From Octopus bimaculoides (taxonomy: Eukaryota), in contig NC_068982.1 of NCBI RefSeq assembly GCF_001194135.2, positions 45,010,750-45,074,749 on the forward strand: a stretch of DNA of 64,000 nucleotides, given 5' to 3'. Made by a program: the position numbers and the translations under genes. Shown one piece after another: positions 12,758 to 24,037 of this stretch (the first letter of the stretch is position 1; each line of letters begins with the position of its first letter). Under the pieces are notes generated by a model. It searched no databases and was not told the origin of the DNA. It was given only the letters and a program-made list of their open reading frames with translations.

Positions 12758-12815
12758 ATGGAGAATTGTCCAGACAAATGGCGAAATGTCCCTTGCAAAT
12801 CACAGATGATAACTG
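12758..12815 (+). CDS. Candidate first coding exon of the Kir gene (MENCPDKWRNVPCKSQMIT+G)
   Basis: ATG in aaataATGG context, 19 open codons + 1 nt, then donor CTG|GTAAGT at 12816. Phase 1 matches the acceptor at 21793 (G+AA=Glu), giving a continuous 414-aa protein. No homology support available. Confidence 0.6.
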
Positions 12816-15587
12816 GTAAGTTGCATATTAATTAAAATAGAGAAAGTTTTCAGTGAATTAAAGTTAAGACTCGGCGGTTTTTTTATTCTTTTGAAATATT
12901 TTATTGCTGCATTCGAGGGTAACAGCAATTTTTTAAAATTTTAGTCGGTCATAACGGCCAACGATGTGGGTACAAGGAAGAATTTTTTTTTTTTAGGTGG
13001 GGACTTTAATGTTATTTTTACAACTTCTACACCTCAATCATTTGGTTTTGATTTTGCACTTCTTGTTTAGCCCCTGATCGACTCAAATCAAACAGACAGA
13101 TAATCAGACGTGTCCCAACTCTGACGATCCCAACTTTTCTGACAGTGTATCTAGAGATTACTTTTCTTTTTTTCTTTTTTTTTTATGTATCCATTTTTAA
13201 AGAAGCTTGGCTAAGATCTGATAAAGATTTGACTCCTATTTCTAGCAAGCGCAGTCAGCTTATAGAAAATCTCTTGTTGGTTTGTTGTTGTTTAACCCCA
13301 GGTCAACCATGCTCGAACAAACTTATAATCGACAACATTCCAGCTGTGATCATCCCATTTTTTTCACCTTTTGTGAAGGGATTCCAGAACTACACTGTCT
13401 TTTTTCTTTTTTTTTTTTTAAATTTAATGTGAGATTTGGATGTTAATTCTAACAAGTCGAATGACTCCGTAGAGACTACTTCTTTGGCAGGTTGGTGATG
13501 GTGGTGGCTGTGGTAGTGTTGAGTGCTCTCGTACACATACCTTCACAAGTGTGCTCCACATCTCAGCAACTTTGTTTCTTCATAACTTTCAGAAGAATTG
13601 ATATTTTTTTTATGAAATCTTCTATAAATACGCTTCAGGTGATGTAGATTCCGACTGCATCAGAATTCGTTGAGAAAAATATTTTCCGAGTTTCGGAAAA
13701 TTCCCATAACTTTCACAAAAAAAAGGGTTATCTTTTTTTATAACATTCTCTACAAATATCTTTCAGATAATGTAGATTATAATGCACATTTGTGTAGGCA
13801 ATGCCATCATATTTTCAGTTTAAATAATGTTCAAAACCTTTAATGTTTATGTAAACTTTTATTGTTCATTATTAGCGGACTTTCGGAATAACTGATCCAC
13901 ATAAATTGGAATTTCTCCGGTCTTTTTTTTATCATTATTTTGGGGGGCGGGGGAGGGGATTTTTCCATTTTTTTTTTTTTTTTTGTATTTCACATTTCAA
14001 AAGAATGGAAATTAAATGGATAAATTTTTTTTTTTTTTTACCATGGATTAAAATCATTTTTTTTTTAATACTTTAATCCATGTTTCTCAAGCGTCTCATC
14101 CGTCCCCTCATCATGCTTTCGGAACAGCAGCCGCCGCTTAAATGATTTTTTTTTTTTCATTTTTTTTAATGTATTTGTTCTTTTATTTATTTATTGTTAT
14201 TTTCATCATTTTATTCCACATTCTGAAATACTCGTAATTTTCATTAAAAAAAATCTTAATACGTCTCCTTTTCATCGTTATTTTCACGATTAAAATGAAT
14301 TTTCTTTCTCCACCCACTCCTTTCTTTTACATGTTTTGGGGGGTTTTTTTGTTGTTTTTTTGCAAGTTATTTTTTTTTCTTTCACAATTTTACCATCCCG
14401 TAAAACTTTTTCATTTTTACCTCATTTATTAATTTTTTTACTCCAAAATAACATTTTTTTTCTTCACACTTTTTCCCATCTGTAATCACTTTTTCTATAC
14501 GACATGAAAATTAAATGAATTAAGAGAGAAACAAGAATTTATGAACATTTGGCATATTTCACCATAGTTTGCATAAAAGGCGAACTTGAACGACTTTTTT
14601 TTTCCATTAAGATATTGCACGCATGTACGATCTGCCACCAGCGCACAGAAATTTATGTGCACGAAAGGTTAATTGCCTGGTATCTGCATAAAGTATGCAC
14701 ATACTCTTATTGTGGGAAAGAAAAAAATTGCACTACATGAAATTTTTGTGTACGAGACTATAAAAAAATTAGTTGAGACATTGCAGGGGTCAGTCTCTTA
14801 TTTTAAAAAAGAAAATTATGAATCACATGCCAATGATATGTAAAAGACTCTCACTACACTTTTTGGAGTGGTTGGCGTTGGGAAGAGCATCCAGCCAGAG
14901 AAACTAAGCCAAAACCGACTGGAGCCTGGTGCAGCTCTCTGGTTTACCAATTCCAGTCAGACCGTCTAACCTATGCCAGCATGGAAAACGGACATTAAGG
15001 GATGATGATGATGATGACAGAAAACAGTGTTGGTGGGTTGTTTAGTGACCTCACTAGTTCCGGTGTCACAAAAAATACCCAGTACACTCTGTAATGGTGT
15101 ACTATACATGTACTCTCAACTTTCTTTGCTGTCTTTATTTATTTGATTTATTGCCACTTTCTGTCCTCTCTTTTACCATTTTCGGGTGAGTTGTAAAGCC
15201 CCTGAGCACTGTACACAACAAACTCACTATTATTGCTATAGTAGACCAGATTTTTCCACACCCTGGGGGTGAAGATGGCATTTCAGTGGGTTGTGTCCGA
15301 TTTTTCTTAAAATGATAAAGTATTGTTTGAAAGAGATTTGACTGCCATTTCTAGCATAGCAAGTTGCTAGGAAGTATCTATTGGATAAGACAGATGTAGA
15401 GATACTGTATCTGAAAAAAAAAAAATTAGATGATCACAGCTAGAACACTTTTGATTAAAAGTCTGTTTAACACTTTTAATCTGGCCATATCCAGCCTAAA
15501 TATTCTACCTGTATTATGTTCAAACAGACCCAATCCAACCTCTCAGACCTACCCTACAATGTCATTTTTTAAATATACAAACAGGAG

Positions 15588-15739
15588 TGGCTGTGTGGTA
15601 AGTAGCTTGCTTACCAACCACATGGTTCCAGGTTCAGTCCCACGGCGTGGCACCTTGGGCAAGTGTCTTCTAATATAGCCTCGGGCCAACCAAAGCCCTG
15701 TGAGTGGATTTGGTAGACAGAAACTGGAAGAAGCCCATC

Positions 15740-15787
<48 letters not shown>

Positions 15788-15990
15788 ATATGTTTGTGCG
15801 TCTGTGTTTGTCCCCCCACCATTGCTTAATAACTGATGCTGGTGTGTTTACGTCCAAGTAACTTAGCAGTTCAGCAAAAGAAGCTGATAGAATAGGTACT
15901 AGGCTTATAAAGAATAAGTCCTAGGGTCGATTTGCTTGACTAAAGGCGGTGCTCCAGCATGACTGAAACAAAAGAATAAAGCAGAAGAAT
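15588..15990 (+). mobile_element. SINE family A inserted into a piggyBac-like MITE (~15470-16110)
   Basis: MITE sequence homologous to 28417-28624 stops at ~15585 and resumes at ~15990. Confidence 0.8.
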
Positions 15991-16415
15991 AAAACACGCT
16001 ATTGAAATCTTGGAGCTACAAGATAATGCATGATTAATTTGAAACAAGGTGAATAAATAAACAAGACATTTGACAAAGAAGCCTGAATGTTAAAGGTTTA
16101 ATCAGAGGTGATTTGAGGGCTGAACAGCAGCATTGAATATGTGGTCTTATCTCAGTGGTAAGAGTTAAGTGGTGATAGTGGTGGCAGCAATGGTAGTTGT
16201 CATACTATCATTGCTTGTTGCACTCACTGTTATTATTGGTGATGGTAGTATATTGGTAATAGAATATTAAGCCTGCCTAAAGTAAACTTTACCTTTCATC
16301 CCACCAAGGTCAATTAAAGTACCAATCTAATACTGGGAGTAGGATCAATGTAATCAACTTATCCCTTCCCTATGAAATTGCAAGCCTTTTGCCTAAATCT
16401 TTTTTTTTTTCACCC

Positions 16416-16733
16416 TTTTAAAGCCTAGCCAGGCTCATGGGCCCGGTTTCCCAGTTTCTATGGCGTATGTGTTCCCCCCAGCTGGATGGGAGGCCAGTCC
16501 ATCACAGCATTTCTCAAAAAACAGGAAGAAAGAGTGAGAGAAAGTTGGGCCAAAAGAGTACAATGGGTCGCTACCTCATCCCACCCCCTGCTGGAGCCTC
16601 GTGGAGCTTTAGGTGTTTTCACCCGGTCTGGGAATTGAATTTAGGTGTTTCACAATGCCCGGTCTGGGAATTGAAACCGCAATCCTCCAACCGCGAGTCC
16701 GCTGCCCTTACCACTGGGCCATTGCGCCTTCAC
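16416..16733 (-). mobile_element. SINE with family-D head and V-domain-like tail
   Basis: Head shared with 5575-5958; tail gatggactggcctcccatccag; 12-bp duplication TTTTGCCTAAAT at 16387-16398 and 16737-16748. Confidence 0.8.
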
Positions 16734-17302
16734 TTTTTTTGCCTAAATAGGACACATTTATTATTATTGTTGTTGTTCTTGTTCTTGTTAGTAATGATGT
16801 TGATAATGTTAATGATGATATTTGTATTAAAACAGAAAGGAAAGAAAAGAGAGAAAGAACTTTTCTATTTAATTTTTTATTTTATTATATTTTTTTTTTT
16901 TATTTTTAAGGATTGGATTTCATCAAAAGACTTGTGAAAATATGGAAGGTTTTTATTTTTCCTCTCTCTCGATCTCACTCTCTTGCTCTCACTCTCTCGC
17001 TCTCTTTAATTGTTTATCCCATAGCTGATCATATCCTCACTGAAATATATCCACAATCACCCAGAGTGGATCATTACATTATTGATTCTCTCTCCCTACC
17101 TATAGTTTTGCCTGGCTACATAAAGTACCTTTCCTTTTAGTTTTCATGCAGAGTCTATCCCTAGATATGCTTCCTCCCGAGTCCTTATTTCAAGTTATCA
17201 CATCACTCAGTATTTATATAGATATATATATATATACATATATAAACGAAGGCAGCAATACGCAATATAAACCCAGAAAGGAAAAATTCAATTGTCCCTT
17301 AC

Positions 17303-17676
17303 TGTGACTGAGGGTACCAGATAGCACCTATTTTGCTAGAAATAAGAGTTAAAAACCCTTAGAGCTGCAAGAAAGCACCTCTTCATATACTGACAAGGGA
17401 GATAACCACCCCACAGCAAGCAAGATCACTATACTAGTCTAGTTCTGTTAGAAAATTACAAACTCATCAGTAGTAACTACTTCATCATTGGATGGTTTAG
17501 CTAAATCCTAACTGTCAGTATATATATTTTCCATATGAATTTGTGGCTGATTCAGCAAAATGCTAATGTGAAAATTATAAAATGACAGAGGCAGCTATAT
17601 GTGCTTTCTTGCAGCTCTAATGGTTTTTAACTCTCATTTCTAGCAATATAAGTGCTACCCAGCACCCTTAGTCATA
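17303..17676. mobile_element. Foldback/MITE with 76-bp inverted arms
   Basis: Arms 17303-17378 and 17601-17676, 66/76 identical by hand alignment. Confidence 0.8.
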
Positions 17677-17783
17677 CTTAGTAACAGTTGAATTATGTGT
17701 GTATATATATATATACACACACACTGACAAGTGAGTGAACAAACAAAAGACAGGCACTCAACATATTTAGTAGGAGTTATATG

Positions 17784-18196
17784 CCATAAATCCTCGAGTA
17801 TAATCCGCACTTTTTTCCCAAAATTTAAAGGTCAAAATTTCTAGTGCGTACTATATACAAGGTTAAAAATATAAAATATTTTCTAAGCAAAATTTTCTAA
17901 GTGATAAAGATGTAAAGCCAATTTATTTAATATTTATTTTTCACTGACGTTATTACTGTTATTTCTTTATTTTCTGCAAACAAAGTGCACAAAAAAGCTA
18001 CACGTTTGCATTATGTTTTATATACAATAATAATAAAGGATGTTACCGTATATATGTTTACAAACAAATACCTCCTTGACCCAAGTTAGAGAAGGGGTGC
18101 GTATTATACACAAGGTTTAGGTTTTGCAGAGGTACAGCCCCCTAAAAATCCCCTGCGTATTATACTCAAAGGCAGACTATACTCGAGGATTTGCGC
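17784..18196. mobile_element. pogo/Tigger-like MITE
   Basis: TIR core AAATCCTCGAGTATA / TATACTCGAGGATTT; TA at the right end. Confidence 0.8.
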
Positions 18197-18514
18197 TATA
18201 TTATTTAAAACAGTTTGATTTGACCTCCATGCAACTGAAAGTTTCATGGTCATCACAGGGAGTTCAAGACTTTCCACAGCTCCCCATCAGACCATCGAGC
18301 CCAATGAGTTAGGTTCTTGTGATGAGCCGATGAAACTTTAAGTTGCACAGGGCCGAATCAAATTGTTAAGCAGTTTAAGTAATTATATATATATATTATA
18401 AGTGCTTCCCAACCACATNNNNNNNNNNAAGTGCTTCCCAACCACATGGTTTTAAGTTTAGTCCCACGGTGTGACACCTTGAGCAAATGTCTTCTACTAT
18501 TGTCTCAGGACATC

Positions 18515-18552
<38 letters not shown>

Positions 18553-19409
18553 TATCCTCCATCACTGCTTGACAGTCAGTGTTGGTGTGTTTACATCCTT
18601 ATAACTTAGCAGTTTGGCAAATGAGGCAAATAGAATAAGTACCAGGTTTAATAAAAGAATAAGTACTGGGGTTGATTCATTCAACTAAAAATTCTTCAAA
18701 GCAGTACCCCAGCATGGCCGCAGTCTAATGACTGAATCAAGTAAAGGATTATAGATAATATATATACTTTTATAATGCCAACCAGTATACTACTGGAAGG
18801 TCAAATAAGACAAAAATTATGCCTGTAGCTGTCACCAAACTGTCAAGCTTAGACTCACTTCCCACTATATTTTTAAGTAATTTTGATTAATTATAAATTT
18901 GAGATTATCTCCCCTGTCTTTCTTGGCCAGAGTTACTATGTAAGCTAATGATGCTTTCTTTTCATTTATATAACTTAAAATTATTAAAATATCATGGCTG
19001 ACTACATTATATATGTTAGCATTAAATACAAACTGAACAGATTAAAAGAACAAATCAACTAATGAATAGTTTACCATTTTTGCTTTTTTTTTTTTAAGCT
19101 GTTCTTTATATTTATTTTCTCCTTTACCATACAATCTTTATAAAGCCTTCCCATCATTTGTTGACCCTTGTCATTCTGTATCATTTCTTTTTCTCTGCCT
19201 CACTTCTTTAACCAAGTCTTAAAAAGCTGACTGGGGTAGCACATCACCTTCACTCAAATTCACTATTTACACCTGCCTCCCTTTTACTTGACACTCCCAC
19301 ATTCTCTCCCTCTCCCTATTTCTGTGTCTTTCGCATATTTTATTAATCTGCTCTTATTCTGTTGATTTTATTTAACATTCTGTTCACACTGTTTATCCTC
19401 TTCAACTTA

Positions 19410-19555
19410 CATTTATCTTGTTCACTTTGTTATCCCATTCACTTTATATTTGTATTCTGTTCACCTTATGTTTCTTATCTTGCTCACCTTATGTTTGCTA
19501 TCTTGTTCACCTTATGTTTGCTATCTTGTTCACCTTATGTTATCCAACTGACCTT
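19410..19555 (+). repeat. 23-bp minisatellite TATCTTGTTCACCTTATGTTTGC
   Basis: About 3 near-perfect copies plus degenerate flanking units. Confidence 0.8.
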
Positions 19556-19798
19556 ATGTCACAATATCTTGATACCATTGAAACATTTCTTGTCACTTTG
19601 CAACATTGTAGATATCAGTACTTGACATGGTTTTTCTTGACAAGTGTAGCTGTGGTAAGAAGTTTGCTTTCCAACCACATGGTTCTCGGTTCAGTCCTAC
19701 TACGTGACACCATAGCATAGCTCTGGGCCAACCAAAGCCTTGTGAGTGGATTTGGTAGGCAGAAACTGAAAGAGGCTTGTCATATGTGTGTGTGTGTG

Positions 19799-19842
<44 letters not shown>

Positions 19843-21834
19843 GTTTAGGTTAGTTAGAAAAGTTTGACATATTTCAACTGCTACAAGGCAAATTCACTGC
19901 AGTTACCGTGGAGAAAAATTCTCTCATATAGTAAAAAAAGTAACTATTATATCTATGTGAATGTGTTCATATCTCCCCACCACTGCTTGACAACCAGAGT
20001 TGGTTTGTTTATGTCCTCATCTTTTAGCAGTTCAGCAAAAAGTGACCTATAGAATTAGTACCAGGTTTATGAAAAAAAAATAAGTACTGGGGTTGATTTT
20101 TTTTTTTTTTTTTTTTTTTTATACTAAACCCTTCAGGGCAGAGCCTCACCATGGCCACAATCTAATGAATGAAACAAATAAAAGGTAAAAGATAGGGTAT
20201 TTATTTTACACACAAAGAAACAGTGAATCTAAATTAGCCAAGCAATAATTTTCTGAAGAAACTACCAAGGATTATCATTGTAAACATTGAATTAAGGCAT
20301 AAACCATTTTATTATGTTGGACATTACATGACTAGCCTATCCTGCTAGCAGTAATGGACCGATGGATTATTTGAGTGCAGATAAAAATATAATATTGCTG
20401 AAATAATGAAACCAATTTTTAGTACCTAATTTGAAAAGATACAATGTCCGGTGCTCTGTAATGTAATAGGTTACATAGTCACAGGCTAAGCTAGAGAGAC
20501 ATGGTTTTGTCAATAGTCCTATTGTTGTTTTCTACCTCAAGTTGCTGCTTATAATGTCTAATATAAGGAACTTCTGTATTTTTAACGTGATTACTGCTAG
20601 CAGTAATCAGAATGGTTGAATGTTCAGATGAACCATTTCATTGTAATTAATTATCATGCTTATGATTTCTACCTGTAGCCAATGGGCTCCCTTCGTTAAT
20701 TTACCCTCAAAATAATACTGGAAAACAAAACTGATTACTTGTACCCATATACAATCTTTACTTTATAAATTTCATAGGGAAAACATGAATACCAAATGGG
20801 GAGAATTGGTTGCTATTTCAAGCAGGTCTCTTGACATGCTTGAAATAACAGCCAAATCTCCCTGAAATCACAACCTGCATCTTAAAAAAAAAATAGGACA
20901 CCTTTATTCATGTCATCCTAGATATATTATGAATGGAGAAAAGGCAACTGATCACAGCCAGAGCAAGTGCCTTTGATCATTGGTCTGCTCAATCTGGACT
21001 GTCCTGAGACTTCTTAATGTGTTTTTTATTGCTTATTGGTGAGAGCTGGATGCAGTTTTCCAAACAAGAAAGATTAAAGATTATTTTTAGGGTTCATTTT
21101 CTTTCCCTTTTCTATTTTGCATTATCAGAGTGAATTCTAAATAGGACTGAATACTTTGAAGAAATTTCTTGCTTCTGTCCAAACTTTGACAATCTTTTAT
21201 GCCAGTTCTTATCTGGGAGCTGCCAATCATCAGTTTCTCACCAGTTCTTTATCACTCTTCCCCAATTGTTGAAAGACATATAAAGTTTGTGCTGCACCAC
21301 AAAACAAAGACACTTGTGCATATTTATTGAATGTGTATTTGATGTTGTTCTCTTAGAAGACACAATACTTTACAGATCACCCGACTAAATCCAGTGGTAA
21401 TAAAACTAAGATGATTAGAACAGTTGCAGCCTTCCTTCGCTGTCACGTCCACTGCATTCAAGATAAAGTTATTTGCTTGATCTACCATTGAATACTCAAC
21501 TTTGCCACTATGGATACCCTACCAGAAGTTAATGCTTTTAACAGCAAGCATGGGGAACACAACCTCTTTATCTCAAGATAGGCAACCTCTAGATGAGAAT
21601 TCTACTGCATGTTATCAGAAGAATAGTGTGGTTAGGAGAGTATGTAATAATTTGTTGAAAAGAATTGTTCTTTTTTTCCCGACTGAATTGTAATGCAGAG
21701 AATTATTTTGATTTTTTTTTTTTATAAGAATTTTCCAAGAATATTTCACTAATCTATTTCTCTTTCTTTCTCTCTTTCATTTTTCTACTCAAGAAGACGT
21801 ATCAAGTGAGTGGAGCAGAAGTGGCTCGCTCGAG

Positions 21835-22980
21835 ATGCGCAATTTCCTTCGACCAGGTAAACAATTCCGATTAGTCAGTCGAGGTGGTCATGTAAACATC
21901 AAGCAAACCGGAATTAGCAAACGCAACCAGAAATTTCTGTCAGATTTCTTCACAACACTCATTGATGTCAAGTGGCGATGGAACCTTTTAATATTTGTGG
22001 TGTCATTTATTTCATCCTGGTTACTTTTTGCTAGTTACTTCTATGTTTTGGCTCATTTACATGGAGACTTTGAAGACGACAATCCAGAAAATTGGGTGCC
22101 ATGCATAGAAAGTGTCCACTCTTTTACAACTGCTTACTTATTCTCAATTGAAACTATGACAACAATTGGATATGGCTCACGTTATGTATCAGAAGAATGT
22201 CCAGGTGCAGTTCTTGGAGTACTTTTTGAATCTATTCTTGGAGCAGCTATGCAAGCAGCATTCTGTGGTTTGGTCATAGCAAAAGTGAAACGTGGTAAAA
22301 AGCGTTCTTGCACAATATTGTTCAGTAAGGTAGCTTGTATCATGGAAGAAGATTTGCAATACAAGTTTGTATTTCGTGTGGGTGATATGCGGAAATCTCA
22401 TCTGATCACTGCCAGTGCTCGAGGTTTATTTATTAAAAAAAGTTTTTCAAAATCTGGCAATAATATTCCAGTAGAATATTTCAATGTGAATTTCAAAGCT
22501 GAAGATGGGCACAACAATTTATTTTTGGTCTGGCCGACCAACGTTTACCATGAAATTGATGAAAAATCACCGTTTTATAATATTTCACGGGATAGTTTAC
22601 GTCATGAGAATTTTGAAATAATTGTGATGTTACAGGCTGTAGTCTCAACAACTGGTCGAACTGTACAAGCAAAAACTTCTTACTTGCCTTGGGATATTAT
22701 TTGGGGACATCGTCTAGAACCATTAACAACATCCATTGATATTAATGGTTCACACATTGTAGATTTTACTCACTTTGACACCACATATCCAGTTCCTACC
22801 CCTTGGTGTAGTGCTCAGACTTTCAATTACATCATAAAATCAGGTCGATATACACCAGAACTGCTGCTAAACAGAGACGATATGGGTGAACTGATCAAAG
22901 AAACTGAAAGCACCTCAGCCAAAAAGACATATACATTATTTGGATCTATACCTGATCTAACACATCGAAATTGGATGTAG
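21835..22980 (+). CDS. KCNJ: Inward-rectifier potassium channel (Kir family), main coding exon, 381 aa from the internal ATG
   Basis: Contains slide helix FLSDFFTTLIDVKWRW, M1, Cys pair (WVPC...EECP), pore ETMTTIGYGSR, M2 GAVLGVLFESILGAAMQAAFCG, basic linker KVKRGKKR, RVGDMRKSHL, HEIDEKSPF, SYLPWDIIWGHRLEP. The frame stays open upstream to a polypyrimidine tract and AAG/AAG acceptor at 21791-21796. Family-level symbol only. Confidence 0.97.
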   Translation: MRNFLRPGKQFRLVSRGGHVNIKQTGISKRNQKFLSDFFTTLIDVKWRWNLLIFVVSFISSWLLFASYFYVLAHLHGDFEDDNPENWVPCIESVHSFTTAYLFSIETMTTIGYGSRYVSEECPGAVLGVLFESILGAAMQAAFCGLVIAKVKRGKKRSCTILFSKVACIMEEDLQYKFVFRVGDMRKSHLITASARGLFIKKSFSKSGNNIPVEYFNVNFKAEDGHNNLFLVWPTNVYHEIDEKSPFYNISRDSLRHENFEIIVMLQAVVSTTGRTVQAKTSYLPWDIIWGHRLEPLTTSIDINGSHIVDFTHFDTTYPVPTPWCSAQTFNYIIKSGRYTPELLLNRDDMGELIKETESTSAKKTYTLFGSIPDLTHRNWM

Positions 22981-23213
22981 AGCATGAAAGAAGATTGTAG
23001 ACTTAACATTCATGATTAATCTTCATGATCACTTGCAGACTTAATCTTCATGATTGCAAGGGGTAAAAATTTAGCTCAAGTTCCAGTGTTTCAAGTGACC
23101 AAATTGACAATCTGAAGAAAAAAGTGAACCTCTACCAGTTTTGACAAAAAGTCAATGAGTTTATTTTACACACTGCAGAGATCAACAATTTATGCTCTGG
23201 TCCTTAAAAGTAA

Positions 23214-23219
23214 AATAAA
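23214..23219 (+). promoter_or_regulatory. Candidate Kir poly(A) signal
   Basis: AATAAA ~230 nt after the stop; the region is AT-rich, so this is weak evidence. Confidence 0.35.
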
Positions 23220-23814
23220 AGTAACAATCATAATGTTCATATGCAGTTGTATAAATTCAAAGAACAATCAACAAAAAAAATGAACTGGTAGGTAAAAAGA
23301 AAAAAAAAACAACAAAAAAAGGCCAGTGCCAGGACAAAAATATTCCATACATTAAAATAGGAAATTTAGAGATGGAGCAACAAAAGAAGGTGATTAAATA
23401 AGAGAGGGAAGAGGGAGATTATTGACTCTCTAACAAGGAACAAATAGAAATGAGAACTCTACTCAACTAGTATACTATTCAATACTAGTTATCAGAAATG
23501 AAGGCTGTTAATGATATGAGAGCTGTATTGATTAACAGTGTATGTTAGTGACACCTATATATTTGTATTAATTCAGAGTCACTGAGAGACAAGCTGCACT
23601 TTCCTTTTATATAAAACAAAACTATATTTTCTCATTGTTTGAAATTGTTGTGACATCTGTTGTTTATATGTTAGCACATGACACACACACACACACACAC
23701 ACATAGAATGGTTGCCAAAAGTTTAAAACCATTGAGCAGATTTTAAAAATTTTGTTTTCCTTTAGTTCTGAAATGAAACTGATAACCAATACATAAGTAG
23801 GTAAAGGTGAAGTT

Positions 23815-24037
23815 AACTTCTCAAGTTATACCGACTCATAAGGGCCTGTTTCCTGGTTTCCATGGCATATATATTTCCCACCTGGACAGGATGCTGGTCT
23901 GTTGCAGCTGAGTGGACTGGAGCAACATGAAATGAAATGTTTTGCTCAAGAACACAACACATCACCCAGTCCAGGAATCAAAACCACAATCTTACAATCG
24001 TGAGTCCATCACCCTAACCACTAAGCCACTCACCTCC
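23815..24037 (-). mobile_element. SINE with family-C-like head and V-domain-like tail
   Basis: cttgagcaaaacat...gctccagtccactcagctg core followed by cctgtccagg...gaaaccagg tail; similar copy at 43710-43895(+). Confidence 0.7.

Noticed and set aside
12992-13012. LGGDFN, resembling an APE endonuclease motif of a LINE
   Set aside because: A six-residue match next to a poly-T run with no other endonuclease motifs in frame; likely chance.
13942-13958. G-quadruplex (G6-C-G5-A-G4)
   Set aside because: Only three separated G-runs; not a canonical four-run motif.
16437-16937. 166-aa ORF, and similar ORFs at 2143-2592, 41168-41500 and 43973-44306
   Set aside because: They read through SINEs and microsatellites.
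18400-18447. Direct repeat AAGTGCTTCCCAACCACAT
   Set aside because: The copies flank a 10-N gap, indicating an unmerged contig overlap.
19410-19555. CRISPR-like array
   Set aside because: Contiguous 23-bp units with no spacers in a eukaryotic context; it is a minisatellite.
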